A DNA stretch of 62,279 nucleotides, filler included, from Globobulimina sp. (GCA_003354225.1; 23 parts of 23 records of this genome joined end to end with filler, not necessarily neighbours in it), one strand, 5' to 3'. Shown: positions 47,840-60,979, numbered from the whole stretch's first letter. Notes: generated by a model not told the origin, from the letters alone. A program made the numbers and translations.

Positions 47840-48067
47840 CTGTTATCATGAATGAATTGTCTTAACATTTTGTCAATTAATAATTCAACGATGAGTTCCG
47901 ACAGAGAACCACTGTGAAAATCTTGGCTACTCTGACTACTGTATCACTAATGATAAAAATTTATATAAAGTACGAGACAGAGTGAAAACACAAACACATT
48001 GCATACAAAAACACAAATAATATATAAAAATCGAGTAGAGGTAGATAGATAATGATGAATCAATTGA

Positions 48068-48727
48068 TTACATAGGATGCGTTAAAATTATTTTGACTTG
48101 TTCATATCTTTGAGATTTTTTAAACCGGTAATACGAATATAGCAACAAACTATACATTTCCCGTTCACATCGTTTATATAAGTTGTGCATATCTGTTTTC
48201 TTCACATTTACTTTTTTAAATAGCTGTTGATTATCAAATAAATCATCAAATTCTTTTCTTAATTCACCACCGATATTAATCTCAAATTCACAACCAATTT
48301 GAATATATTTTCTATATAATAACATTCCTTTTTGCTTAAAATCAGTCTCTGCATTTGTTATAATATATGATTGTGGCAAACTGGATGGTAACACAACGGA
48401 GCTAACACTGCGTTGTCTCGTTACTGCGAGTTCGGCTTTTTTACATTCAAAACATCGTTCCAAATACTTTAAAAATTGACAAAATTCTATAAATGATAGT
48501 AAACACTCAATTGAATATTCTTTACTTAAATGTTGCATGAAAATATGTATAGTTTCCTTGTTGGTTAATATCTGCGTCATTGTAATTCTTCCTTTTTTAT
48601 TTTGAATTACACTCAATTTACGTGGACCGCCTTGTTGTTTTCTAATGATTTCAGGGTTTTTATTACATTTAACAACAATCACACAAGATAGCACTATAAT
48701 AATTACTGTTAAAATGGTTAATAAATG
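48068..48727 (-). CDS. TM-RGS protein C-terminal part (RGS domain)
   Basis: End of a TM helix, then FMQHLSKEYSIECLLSFIEF, LYRKYI..G.EFEINI, SYYRFKKS. Confidence 0.88.
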   Translation of the reverse strand, partial: HLLTILTVIIIVLSCVIVVKCNKNPEIIRKQQGGPRKLSVIQNKKGRITMTQILTNKETIHIFMQHLSKEYSIECLLSFIEFCQFLKYLERCFECKKAELAVTRQRSVSSVVLPSSLPQSYIITNAETDFKQKGMLLYRKYIQIGCEFEINIGGELRKEFDDLFDNQQLFKKVNVKKTDMHNLYKRCEREMYSLLLYSYYRFKKSQRYEQVKIILTHPM

Positions 48728-48974
48728 NNNNNNNNNNNNNNNNNNNNNNNNNNNNNNNNNNNNNNNNNNNNTTAATTAATTAANNNNNNNNNNNNNNNNN
48801 NNNNNNNNNNNNNNNNNNNNNNNNNNNAAACCTCATTGTTAAATTAATTGCTGATTATTGTTCAAATATCTTTTATTGAATTTTAACATTTAATTTTAAC
48901 CTGAAATAAATTTTTTGTGCCATTGTTCCATTTATCTTGGCATTAACTGCAAAACCCAAAAACTTTTATTCCTC

Positions 48975-49869
48975 ATGCTAGGGTTATTGGCTTTATTCAT
49001 TGGTTGTGGCGTTTGTGTGGCTATAGATAACTATGTCGGTCCAATTAATATAAAAGAAGGTGGACAGAATGTAACCCGATATGTGTTATCAACATATCCA
49101 CCAAACATCCATATTGAAGGTGGATCGACCATTGTCCTCCAACATAACACTGGTGTTCAAATTGCGCAAACAGCAGCACATAATTACAGTGCAGGTGTCT
49201 TTATGGAATACAAATTATGGGGCAAAACACTGTCGTATACGGCAGATTTAAGCACGATTGATTGTTCATGCAATGCTGCGTTTTATTTAGTATCAATGCC
49301 AGGATATGGTTCAAACGGACAACCGAACCCTGGCAAAGATGGAAGTTATTATTGCGATGCCAATTATGTCAATAATGATTGGTGCTGGAGTTCGATATAA
49401 TGGAAGCAAATAAAGTTAATACTATCTATATATGACCACATATATATATAATTAGTATGTAACCCAAGTTACACCGCATGAATGCAGTCAACCGCCAGGT
49501 GGATATATCACTAATTGTGATCGTGGTGGATGTGGCACGAATGGATATAATGTGGACCCTAAAGGGATGGGACCTGACTCAAGCTTTAAAATTAACACTC
49601 AAGCGCCATTTAGAAATTCCGTAACTTTTGGTTCAAATTCATTTCATGTCAAACTTAGCCAAGGTTCAAATACGTTTGAATTTGATTCTTGTGATAATGC
49701 CCAATATGTACAAAATATGGCACAAGCGTTGAATTATGGAATGACGATAGTTATGTCACATTGGGGGGATACTTACAGTACAATGCAATGGTTAGATGGC
49801 AAAACTGGATGTAGGGGAGACTGCAATGGGAAAGGTTTTGTGAGATTTGGTGATATTGAAATAAGATAA
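48975..49869 (+). CDS. Glycoside hydrolase family 7 (endoglucanase-like); intron 49415-49455; one-base frameshift at 49387
   Basis: Signal peptide; LSYTADLS..DCSCNAAFYLVSM, YYCDAN, catalytic [E]FDIMEAN, TPH.C, CDRGGC, MAQAL..GMTIVMSHW, MQWLDG. Confidence 0.88.
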
Positions 49870-49997
49870 AATAATAATAATATTATATGTAAAATAATAA
49901 TATTATAATAAATTATACTTTTTTATACTTTTTTATACGTACAGTGCAAGATATCGTTCCCATCTTTACAAAGTACTAGCGAGTGTTTCTTGAAAGC

Positions 49998-50789
49998 ATG
50001 ACAGAGTATTCTTGGTTGCTTGAACTCATTGATGATTGTATTGATTTTGTCAACAACTATGATATATTGCAACGAGAGCTAAATATTTTATGCTTTGGGG
50101 CTTCTTTAACTAAAGGTTATACTCATTGTGGTTTGGAATATTATCCATATTCTGATACATTGAAAGAACTGATTGAGGATTGGGTTAAAAATAACAATGC
50201 TGATTATCACCAATTTGGTATAAAATATAAAATCAATGTACATAATGTTGGTGTAGATGGTGAATGTATTTCAGATACAATGCATGATCGCTTATTCAAT
50301 ATATTGAATAAATCAGACATTGTCTTCGATTTAATTATAATTACTGGCGGTATTAATGATATTTACTGTGGTTATTCGGTAGATAAAATTTGGAATAATT
50401 TTAATAAAATGGATAAAAACATAAAAGATATTGATTTTATGGAGTCAGCATCTTCAGTTAAACAAATATATGAAATGGTGGAAAAATATGAAGAAAACAA
50501 AGATATTAAAATTGTTTCAGTAACAATTACATCATTTTTTAAAGAGACTGTGTCAATGAATAATGTCAGGAAGAAATTGAATGAACTCATTGTAAATTAT
50601 TGCAATGAATCAGAAAATAAAAAGTGTATGATTTTGTGTGATTTGAACAATGCATTTCCAAAATTTAACAAAGCATCAAAACATTGGGAGAAAGATGGCA
50701 TTCATTTCACTAAAATTGGTTATGAACTGTTCGGAAAAATTATTTTTCAGTGTATCAACAGTTGGCTCCGTTCAAAACTTCAAATGTGA
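49998..50789 (+). CDS. SGNH/GDSL hydrolase
   Basis: ILCFGASLT.G, N.GVDG, GGIND, DGIHF...GY. Confidence 0.88.
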   Translation: MTEYSWLLELIDDCIDFVNNYDILQRELNILCFGASLTKGYTHCGLEYYPYSDTLKELIEDWVKNNNADYHQFGIKYKINVHNVGVDGECISDTMHDRLFNILNKSDIVFDLIIITGGINDIYCGYSVDKIWNNFNKMDKNIKDIDFMESASSVKQIYEMVEKYEENKDIKIVSVTITSFFKETVSMNNVRKKLNELIVNYCNESENKKCMILCDLNNAFPKFNKASKHWEKDGIHFTKIGYELFGKIIFQCINSWLRSKLQM

Positions 50790-50971
50790 CATTCAACCGA
50801 TAGCATGATTTTTTTTTGAAGATTAGAAGTCGCCAAAAGTGGTGCAAGGAGTTGGAAGATAAGAATTAATGTTTAATGCAAAATGGATAATGTTTATTAA
50901 ATAGTTAATACATTGAAGAGATAACAGCAGATAAGCAATGATTCAAAAAAGCTTTAATTTTGATTCGATGA

Positions 50972-51184
50972 TTAATGAGCGGCACTTTTCCAAATATTGT
51001 AATTTAACAATTTTTCAATAAGATCAACATGTGTCAATAACATTCGCCGACAACAATATCTATGTAATTTCAATGCAGACAGTGCTTCTCCTGCTGTGTA
51101 ATCTGCTTGTAATAATTTTAAATAACTTTCCCATTTGTTACCAACCACTTTGCCACATGTAAAGCATCGAACAGGGATTAACAT
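50972..51184 (-). CDS. RPB10: RNA polymerase I/II/III subunit RPABC5
   Basis: [12 protein letters not shown]...[21 protein letters not shown]. Confidence 0.98.
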   Translation of the reverse strand: MLIPVRCFTCGKVVGNKWESYLKLLQADYTAGEALSALKLHRYCCRRMLLTHVDLIEKLLNYNIWKSAAH

Positions 51185-51538
51185 GATTCGAATTTGAGGA
51201 AAGGTTGCTACACTGAAATATTAGTAGGTAAATTCTTACGAAAAAACATTAATTTAATTAATTAATTAATAAGAACAGTTTGATTAATTCACTTTGAATA
51301 TATGTATTATTTTCTTGTTGTTCATCGCAACTTGCATTAAAATAATCCCACATTTTGAATATTTATTAACATAATATGCACATAACAATCCTTAATGTAT
51401 TTGCTACCGTTTTTTTTTTTTTTAGACAGGGGGGTATTNNNNNNNNNNNNNNNNNNNNNNNNNNNNNNNNNNNNNNNNNNNNTTAATTAATTAANNNNNN
51501 NNNNNNNNNNNNNNNNNNNNNNNNNNNNNNNNNNNNNN

Positions 51539-52627
51539 TTAATACAATTCAAACATTAATAAAAAATGAATTGAAAAAATGTGATGACAACAAAATTAAT
51601 AAAATATTCCATGACACTTATCCAATGACTGAGATATTACCAAATGAAATCATACAAAAAATATTGTCATTCGATGAATTTTGTGTAGAAAATAGATTTG
51701 TAAATAAATCATTCAAAGAGGCATCAGAGAAGAATGATAAAATGGAATTAAAACAAAGAAACCAAATAATTAAATATGAAACAAATGTTGATATTAAAAA
51801 TAAATATTTTGCTGACGGAGCGGCTGCGGAATATTGGATTATTGATAAAAATCGTACTCACTTAAACGACAAAGAAATTGCATCAGGATATAAAGGGCCA
51901 ATCAATAATATTATGGATGCGATCAAAAATTGTGAACCTGGAGATACGTTGCTGTTTTGTGATGGAAAATATGAATTTAAAAATGAATTCAGTTATGAAA
52001 TCTATAAATTAAATAGAATATCATTTATTGGAATGGGAGAAAATGTTATTTTTAATGGTACTATTTTTGTGAGAAGTGATGTATATTTCAAAAACATTCG
52101 TTTTGATGATGGTGATTTTGGCGCAATCTGTGTAGCCGGAAACGGTAATATTTGGATGGAACATTGTAAAATCACTAAATATGGTGATGGAATTGTTATG
52201 GGTGAGATGGGGATAAACAACTCCATATATTTAGCATACTGTGAGTTTGAGAATGTAGACATTGCAGTGTCTATATCTCCATTAGGAAATAGCGTAACTA
52301 TCTTAGGATGCAAATTTACAAATTGTGGATACAAGGCATGCGAAGCTCAATTTAAAGGGATGAAACCAACAATTTTTCTACGAACTCTTGGTGACGAATC
52401 AAAGATTTTCAATACCAAAATTAGAATTATTGGTAATGAAGTGATTGATGATGAAATTGGAGAATGGATTGTATTTTGTACCGATCAGAACTTTAACGAT
52501 TGGGGCATATGAAATAAAAAACAATTCAATCAAAGGGAAAAATTCGATATTTACAAATCTAAACAATAAACCAGAAAGGCGTAATCCTAACAAGATATAT
52601 TTGGACGATATCGATATATCACTGTGA
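51539..52627 (+). CDS. F-box-like + right-handed beta-helix protein, 5' truncated, frameshift near 52502
   Basis: ILPNEIIQKILSF...RFVNKSF; I.DAI..C.PGDTL...G.Y; repeats MEHCKI, LAYCEF, ILGCKF. Confidence 0.7.
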
Positions 52628-52829
52628 ATCGATGGCAAAGATGAATAATTACGCAATAAGCGACGTATAATACTTGCATGTTGACCTAATGTTTTTTAAG
52701 TGTCAAGTCAGGTTTTTTCTGTTTCGATGTTAGCAAGCCATGGGAAGCGAAACTAGCCAGGTGTGTTAACGTAAAGACATTAATGCTAAGTCAATGTCCA
52801 TAACAATAAAAATACATAGGATGAGATAA

Positions 52830-54149
52830 ATGAGCAACATAAATATTGCCATATTTTGTGTATTTGTGGTAGTAAATTAGTTGAGATCAAAATCAAATTT
52901 AGTATCATACATTGCGATCGATGTTACAACAAATTTGTGTACGATCATATCGTGTATGAGTGTGTCGAAAAGAATAATAAAGTACATCCAGATGGTTATG
53001 ATATTTGTGAAAAATGCATAACAATCCCCAATAAATCAAAACTCACAACAACACCATACACCACACTCAAAAATAAGCGTTTAGATTATGATGATGATTT
53101 ATTATTGTTGGCATTAGGTGATACAAACGGTGATGTTGTTGGAGCTGTGAAATGGTTGCAAAAGAACGCCATTCCTGGAACAATAATACCAAACAACACC
53201 AAACATAAACCAGTTAAATACAGCTATTTTTTACTCTGAACTCTGATAATGTACATGTGTTAAAATAAAGAAAATACAGAACCAAACAGAACAGAAAGAA
53301 CCCACACAACTTACACAAGACACACAACATAATGTTACAGAACATACAGATGCAGTATCATCAGTATCTTGTGGTGATATTAATTGTCCTTCGATGAAGA
53401 GAACATGCGACATATTAACATACTGTCAACAATGGATTCAAAACAAATCAAATAACATCAACGATAGCATAACCCGTCAATTAGAGAGCATTTATCAGAA
53501 TTCTGAATGCTATCATACTAAATTACTAAATGATTTTCACCATTTAATGTTTTGCCATGAATTTGAAACTATTTATGATTATTTAATGAGTGCTGCGGGA
53601 TTACAGCATATATGCCAGCTAGCTTCGTGCAAAATGTTTGAAAGAAATCATCGCGATCGGTTTGAATGTCCATTGGAGGACACATCGGAGTCAACGGATA
53701 CAGCGGAGTCTGTGCAAGAAATAAATAGTCAACAAATAATTGACAAAATACATTGTTTTTTTTTACATTCATTTGACACTGGAAACAGATTAACTGCAAA
53801 AGAAAGAAAAGTGATTGGCGAAGTTGAGAATGATGAAAAAGGTGAAATTGATAATACATTATCTGAATTAGTTAGAATTGTCCGTTCAAAGAAAAATTTG
53901 ACGTTACCAAATAAAAAAAAATTCAATACAACACACACAATGTTTAGTTTTGGAACACACTTTGTTTATCGTCAATGGAAAGGATATAAGGAGTTATTGG
54001 ATGAAACCAATAAATATGAGGAGAAAATGCGTACATATGTTGATGAAACAAGCAATGTTATAATGCTGCCAATTGATTATAAACATAACTCATTTAAAGA
54101 TGAAATGTTTTTCAATAATACCTGTACAGTGACAATTAAATCAATTTTA
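52830..54149 (+). CDS. ZZ-like Zn finger + UBA-like + lineage-specific domain protein, 3' truncated; intron from 53213 to 53270 or 53279
   Basis: CICG, CDRC, C..H..GYDICEKC; LALGDTNGDVVGAVKWL; LLNDFHHL...RNHRDR...DKIHCFFLHSFDTG. Frame slip near 52855. Confidence 0.55.
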
Positions 54150-54294
54150 NNNNNNNNNNNNNNNNNNNNNNNNNNNNNNNNNNNNNNNNNNNNTTAATTA
54201 ATTAANNNNNNNNNNNNNNNNNNNNNNNNNNNNNNNNNNNNNNNNNNNNTTATTATTTTTTACTAACACATTTTTACTAGCAACAATTAGCATA

Positions 54295-54945
54295 ATGGCA
54301 CAGCCTAAAATAACACCCCAGCAAATGGCTCAAGCGCAAAAAATGATGGCTAAAATGCAAAACGGGCCCAAAGCAGGCAAGATTATTAAAGGTAAAACGA
54401 TTAATGATGAAATTAAAACGTTTCGAATATTAAATTTAAGCAACGAAGAATCAACAATTTCAGACAAACAATTCCCTGCAATCGCAAATATGAATAAAGG
54501 CTTATTTATTGTGTCTGACGCTGACGAGGAGCTGTTGTTTTTGATTGAATTTAAACAGGAAATCCAGTTAGATTCAATCACATTTTTCGCATTTCAATCC
54601 GCAAAAGAAGACGAATACAGTGCTCCGGAAACAATTCAACTTTTCAAGGTCGATTCGTTAAATTTAGATTTCGATGATACTAAAAATCAACAAAGCGATG
54701 TTGACTTCGTTTGCAAGAAAGAGAAATTAAAAAACGGTCAGAAATTTAGTTTAAAGAAAAAAGCAAAGGCCACTGTGAAATTCAGCAAAGTGACCAAATT
54801 ATTAATTTATATCTCATCAAATATTGACCAAACAGAGCAAACATATTTAAATGGAATTCAATTCAGAGGCAATGTGAAGGAAACCACTGATATGGGCAAA
54901 TGGGACGAGGTGGCAGCCGAAGCAAAGAAGAGAGCCGACCAATAA
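54295..54945 (+). CDS. PITH domain protein
   Basis: SDADEELL..IEF.Q.I.LDSI, APETIQLF, LDFDD, VKF..VTKL.IYI.SN, T.L..I.FRG. Confidence 0.9.
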   Translation: MAQPKITPQQMAQAQKMMAKMQNGPKAGKIIKGKTINDEIKTFRILNLSNEESTISDKQFPAIANMNKGLFIVSDADEELLFLIEFKQEIQLDSITFFAFQSAKEDEYSAPETIQLFKVDSLNLDFDDTKNQQSDVDFVCKKEKLKNGQKFSLKKKAKATVKFSKVTKLLIYISSNIDQTEQTYLNGIQFRGNVKETTDMGKWDEVAAEAKKRADQ

Positions 54946-55132
54946 CTTTTTATTTAACTGAAATTTTATTTTTCCGTTTCGTTTTCATTAATTTATTTTT
55001 TTCAAATTCGTTTTGATAAAATTTTAACAGTATATCCTTGCACAACACTCAAGAAACTGAGATACTTTTTTCGTCGCAAGTTGCATATTAAATGAGATTC
55101 TAACAATGTCAACATATAAAAAAAATCAACTG

Positions 55133-56859
55133 TCACTGAGATACTCTTCTTATATCATAAACTTTTTTAAATCCCCACGAATATAAATTAATATGATTAT
55201 TTTTATGCCATCTGACTTTTGCAATAATGCCAGTGACTTGCAATACATATTGCACTGTGGTAACAATTCCCTGTTGTCCTTGGCCACCATCCTCATCGCC
55301 ATACATATCATCACTCCATGAAAACCCTCGACATACGGTATCACCAACTCGTATATGACTATAATCCGAAGCAAACACTTGCCCTCTTTTAAAAAACTCA
55401 ATGTCATATTTGCCATTGTAATTAAATCGAAACGGTCGGTGTGAGCTCCAGGTCAAATATATTTTATCCCCTCTTACATTATGTTTTTCCAATCGAGTGT
55501 CATCCCACTGTTCAAGTGTTAGAACAATGCAAAAATCCGATTTATAATCACCGACGGTCTCATCGACACTAAAATCTTTACCTCTTTTCACTCGATCATC
55601 AATCATTAAATATTCACGATTGGAAGTGTATGCTTTTGCGTCTTCAATTTGCAAATCATAATTATATTGAATACCCCATCGATATATCGGTATTGGTTTA
55701 CTTACGATGCATAACGCAAAAATCTCACATATCATGCAATAGGCACTAATTTGGCATACCATATGGAATGGATACAGTTAAATTAATGCATATTGCATGA
55801 AAAGTGACATTTTATTGCTTTAATTTTTCCTTTAAATATATATATACCTTAATAATTCATCAAAATCTGGCTCTTTCCATTCATATTCATCGTCTGACTC
55901 AAAATCATTCTCATCCATTTTATTATCATCATTCTTTTCTTGTTTGCACTTTCCATATTGACCATGGGTTATATGAACATATTCGGATAAAGGTCGGCTT
56001 TCACTAAATATTTTCATTAATTCTGCTTCTTTTTTTACGACTTTCTGCCAAAAATATAGTTTCTTTCTCTGTTGACCTCCAGGATTTATATTATTTATAT
56101 CCTCATCTGGTGGTGTGGCTGGTGGCAGTGACAGTGGTTTAGCTATAGCTGGCTGGTTATTATTAACCTGTATCTCAAAAGCACCTGGGGCTCCTGGGGC
56201 GGCTGGGGCAGCGGGAGCAGCTGCAGCAGCAATATCATCTTCCTCTTTATCTTCCTCTTCCTGTTGCTGTTGTGGTTCATCATCGTCTGTCAGCAGCTGC
56301 ATACCTTCACCTTCATTCTCTGGAACTTGCAGGTGTGGATTGTTATTATTTTGTAATAAACTTTCATCCATCATTGGAATCTCAAACATTCCAAACGCCC
56401 CAAAATCAAAAGGTTTTGGCGGTGGTTCTTCTTCAAAAGGTTTTGGTGGTGGTTCTTCTTCAAAATTTTGATTATTATTATTGTTGTGAATATTTTTATT
56501 GTTGTTGTTATTTAAAGCAACCGGATTTTCCGATTCTATATTTTGTTCCATTCTATATTTCTGTATTTGATATTGTTCCATTCTATATTTTGCCGCTGCA
56601 GCAAGAGCTTTTGCATGAGCTTCATTAGTAACATACACTTTATCCATCCAAAAACTCATCAATTCAAATTCTTGAAAATGTTGCCCAGTTATATTATTTT
56701 GTTGAATGACATCGCCATAATCATTAAAATCATCATTTAACTCTCGCACCCATTCAGCTGTATTCTCGCTGTCCCATTCCTTATAATCGTCGCGCATTGA
56801 CCACGGATCGTCGGTTTTCACACCGCTGGTTACCATACACGCTCCCTTTCCAGTCTTAG
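55133..56859 (-). CDS. SAM domain + MIB/HERC2 domain protein, probably 5' truncated; intron 55746-55847
   Basis: WDSENTAEWV...YGDVIQQNNITG..F (SAM). VGDTVCRG.SW...GDEDGGQGQQG.V...VRW...YSWG..VYDI (MIB/HERC2). Confidence 0.78.
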
Positions 56860-56959
56860 NNNNNNNNNNNNNNNNNNNNNNNNNNNNNNNNNNNNNNNNN
56901 NNNTTAATTAATTAANNNNNNNNNNNNNNNNNNNNNNNNNNNNNNNNNNNNNNNNNNNN

Positions 56960-58520
56960 ATGGTAAAACCACAATAACTCCCAATACTATATAGCCCGCC
57001 AAATCATACTCACTTAAATCCATATAACTATAAATAGGAATGGTATAACAACCGGTAGAGTCCACATAATATCCCGTATGGAACAATGCCGCACATTCTG
57101 CATCTCTTTGATCTGCATATTCTTCTCCAATTTGCCAGAATCCATAAATTGAACATTCATCAGCGAAATGTTGAAGCCATAAAGTTCCATAATATTCACC
57201 ATCTAATTCAGATTGATAATGATCACAATAAAATATACTGTGTTCATTTGCTTTTCCCGTTGGTGCACAAATACTATCTGCTACAAATATTGTCCGTGCT
57301 TCATTTGCTAAACATGGACGCGTTGGAAATATACTTAATTTTGCAAAGGTATTCTCTCCATCACATACAAACGTATTATCATCTGCCACGACTTCCGATC
57401 CTTCTATACCTTTCGTGCAATCTTTATTTTCATACAATATACTTTTTGCTGTTTCTGCAGCAACACACTCGAATTTAATAAATTCATCACCATTTATCGT
57501 TGAATTCATACATTTTCCAATAGCTGCTGGAAACGAAAAGTTGTTGATTCCAAATCGATCATACATGACATAATTTGTGACGATATCTCTTTTTTTCAGG
57601 GCGAAAGAAGGTGCAGCTGATGGGGAGAAAGAAGGCGCATTGGATGGACTCACAGAAGGGGCATTGGATGGAGCTGCGGAAGGCGGAGAGGATGGGGCGG
57701 CACTTGGACTAAGGCTGGGTGCATTTGTTGGCGATAAAGTACAGTCAATGCGTTCTCCGCCCGGGATTCGAACACTGCCGTCACCCGAAAAAAACATATA
57801 ATCGTTGCTATTACTGGAGCCAAAATCATCCACTTTTGAGTTATTGAGCCATGTGCGATATATATTACATGTTTGAGAGTGCGATTGTCCGCCGCAACAC
57901 ATATCGCTGTAATAGCAGCCCCGCTGAGACGTCGCAGCATTACTCGAATCAGCACAAAACACATCACATTGATAGCTATCCCAAACACACCATACTCGCG
58001 TATTCTCACATCCGCGATCACAATTAATTCTTACTTTATTTTCTGCCGCATTTCCTTCAAACACAAATGTAGCACCTTTGCATGAGTAGGCTCCATCACA
58101 TGTGATATTGGCATCAATTGAAGTAATATCACCTGTTGCAAGTAATGTGAGCCCATCACAGGCTAACTCGCCGAGACAGCTTAATTTGGTATTTGACGAA
58201 GTGGCTATTGTAAAATCTTCACATGGCTGGAAACCTGTACCTGAAATGCATTCTATTTCGCATAAATTATTGGTTCCATTGCATGTGTAGCTGAATAACC
58301 CACCATGTGGTCCGCATGCATTTTTCCCATCACAGATTAATTTACAGTCTGGATCACTATCACCACAGGTTTCTAATGGAGATTCTGTTAAAGAATAACA
58401 ATTAGAGCTATTAACGCCGTGTCCTTCACCATAACAAGTCACAACTGCGTAAATAGGTTGGATAACTAATGTGGTAATGAGTAAGAATGAAACATGGACG
58501 CCATGCACAGTTTGCTTCAT
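56960..58520 (-). CDS. Cys-rich type I cell-surface protein with (SPSxAP)n stalk, 3' truncated
   Basis: Signal peptide; C.G..AC repeats; six SPSAAP/SPSNAP-type units; TM at the contig end. Confidence 0.8.
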
Positions 58521-58999
58521 ATTCTAGATTTGCGATGTTTACTTTATTTGAGCATCCGAAAATTTCCATCGATAAAAACACATCCCACTCCCCCAGATTT
58601 TTGCATAATTATCATCCATTAGCATCATTATTCATTACCATCATGAATGACCTAGAGCCGGTTGAGACATGTTCAACGTCCCGAAAAAGAGAGCAACAAC
58701 TGCAGCAAAACAAAACAAAAACAAAATGCAAAATATAAAACAACACAAATAACGATAACCAATATGTTGAGTTACTACAAAACTATGGAATTTCCAAATC
58801 TATGGAGTTGCCAATATAAACGTACTCCTTCCACCAATATGCCCGTTACATCCACAAATATGTCGGTTTCTGTCTGTACTGTTAAATAGATAGTATCTAC
58901 TTCGGCTCCTTTCGAGAAATGTGCTTGCTGTGTTTTAGTTATATCACTATCGCCGACAATAACAGTTGGCACTAATGCATCATCTCAATACCTTTTCAT

Positions 59000-59569
59000 T
59001 TTAGTTTTTAATTTTTTAACTGTGTCCAATGATCAATATATATATTGGGGACGGATATAATTGTCATAATTATTGCATTCATTACGGATCGATATATCAT
59101 GATACTAATCGACATAATTCTATCCTAATGCCACAATTGCTCTTCTCGTATAACTGCATAATACCAATAACAGTGCACTTTCAATTATGACAAATATGGT
59201 CAAATAGTAACCTCCAACAGCCAACCACACCAACATGGATATAAAAACCCTGCTGGGAACATCCAATATTCTCCATAGACACATGAACATCTTTTAAGTG
59301 CTTCTTTTTTTTAATGAAATGATATATATTTCGCTGATTGAATTGCTATCACTTTATCATCTGATATTATTTTTGATGTTATCGATGCAACAACAATTGG
59401 GGAAGTATTGAATGATCGAGTTTTCACTAAATATACCGTTTGGATGAGAGCTTGTGGAGTGCTCTCAAACGCAGCCTCTAATGAAGTGATAAAACGCTGT
59501 TTATATGCAAAAGCAAGCAATTTAATTTGAACAGTTAAAATTAAAGTAGTTGGATTGTGCCGTTACCTG
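59000..59569 (-). pseudogene. XK-related protein pseudogene fragment
   Basis: RFITSLEAAFESTPQALIQ, SKIISDDK, then a stop and frame break, then LWRILDVPSRVFISMLVWLAVGG. Confidence 0.65.
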
Positions 59570-59669
59570 NNNNNNNNNNNNNNNNNNNNNNNNNNNNNNN
59601 NNNNNNNNNNNNNTTAATTAATTAANNNNNNNNNNNNNNNNNNNNNNNNNNNNNNNNNNNNNNNNNNNN

Positions 59670-60766
59670 TCATTAAAAAAACTACCAACAAAACACTGTG
59701 CCGTTGAGGCAATCAACAATAAATTCATTGACTCCTCGTCATTATCCGCAACAGTTACTAACTTTACTGATTTTATTTTATAATAATCCTCAATCTCTTT
59801 ATAAATATCTTGATTCTCAGCGTCTGCAATCACATAAATAACATTTTTATTTTCAACTTTGTTTAAAAAATAATCAATGTCAACAATAATATATTCCGTT
59901 GCTATCGCAGTCTGTTTTTTATTTTTTATATCAGAAACACATGAAAAATATGGCAACCATTGAATGAAAAATAATTTTGAATGACATTGGATATCACTTA
60001 GATCAATAACTAATGATTTAGATATACTTTGAAATATATCCGAATCGTATTTTGTATTCAGATTCCTATCCATTGTTAGATTTAAATGTTTTGCGTCATT
60101 TATAAGTGATTTACATTTAAAAAACAGACATAAATCTCTCCGTAATTTTGTCCATTCATAAAATTGTTTATTTGGACAATAATTGATATTCACCATTTTT
60201 TCATCAAAATATTTACTTTTTTTGCCATTATTTAAGTTCCAAATATCATAATCATTTGTGATTGTAACTTTTGAATATTCCAATTTCGTTTCTGTTTTTC
60301 TATATTCTTCAATCAATGATGTTATTCGTTGGATTTTTGTTTTATCGCATTCATAAAATGTGCAGATATTATCGTTTTTATTTAGTAAAATATTCTCATT
60401 CTCCATCAGATATTTATCCATGATTTTCCTATCTGATTTTAAATATTTGCGTACATAATATGATGTGGTTAACATTTTAGAAAATGCATCGTTAGAATTT
60501 AGGTTATTATTATTGTCGTCGTTACACGGAGTGAACGATATATATTTACCAGCAAATTTATTATCAAATTCTTGCAGATTATATCTAAAGTCCTGATTTG
60601 AAGAATGGTACGATTCAACTGCTTGAAATGACATTATTAATATAAATAAACCAATTATTGTCGCTGCAACACCGATTGTTACCATTTTACCTCGTTTATA
60701 CCATAGCTTTCGATCTCTTGAATCAATATTCATTGATTGGAACACAATGTTTGCCACACACTCCAT
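59670..60766 (-). CDS. Type II membrane protein, O-fucosyltransferase (GT-B)-like, 3' truncated
   Basis: N-terminal TM; VIYVIADAE and LLIASTAQCFVGSFF resemble POFUT-type C-terminal motifs. Confidence 0.5.
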
Positions 60767-60915
60767 GTGTTGATGGCTTTTTTTTCAATATAAAAACATC
60801 ATAAATAATTTAAAAAATCATAGGATTACAAATTTAAACTAAATGCTACTTTTTATCTGATTATTTGTAAATGTATAGCTGTGTGTTGCAGACACAATGA
60901 AAATTATAGGTCAAT

Positions 60916-60979
60916 GCATTGCAGTCACAACTATTGAGCTAATTTTCATTGTGGTGATCGGACTTCAACTTTTGTAGTT
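60916..60979. repeat. Partial second copy of the 10009-10165 palindromic element
   Basis: ACAACTATTGAGCTAATTT and TTGTGGTGATCGGACTTCAACTTTT are identical to 10025-10043 and 10086-10110. Confidence 0.85.

Noticed and set aside
48975-50789. GH7 + SGNH esterase as a polysaccharide-degradation gene pair
   Set aside because: Same contig and strand, but the SGNH protein has no signal peptide and tight spacing is normal in this genome.
2615-59669. Regularly spaced TTAATTAATTAA repeat every ~2.71 kb (CRISPR-, telomere- or nanochromosome-like periodicity)
   Set aside because: It is always embedded in N44 pads, encodes stops in six frames, and separates length-sorted contigs that cut genes mid-frame. 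It is an assembly linker.
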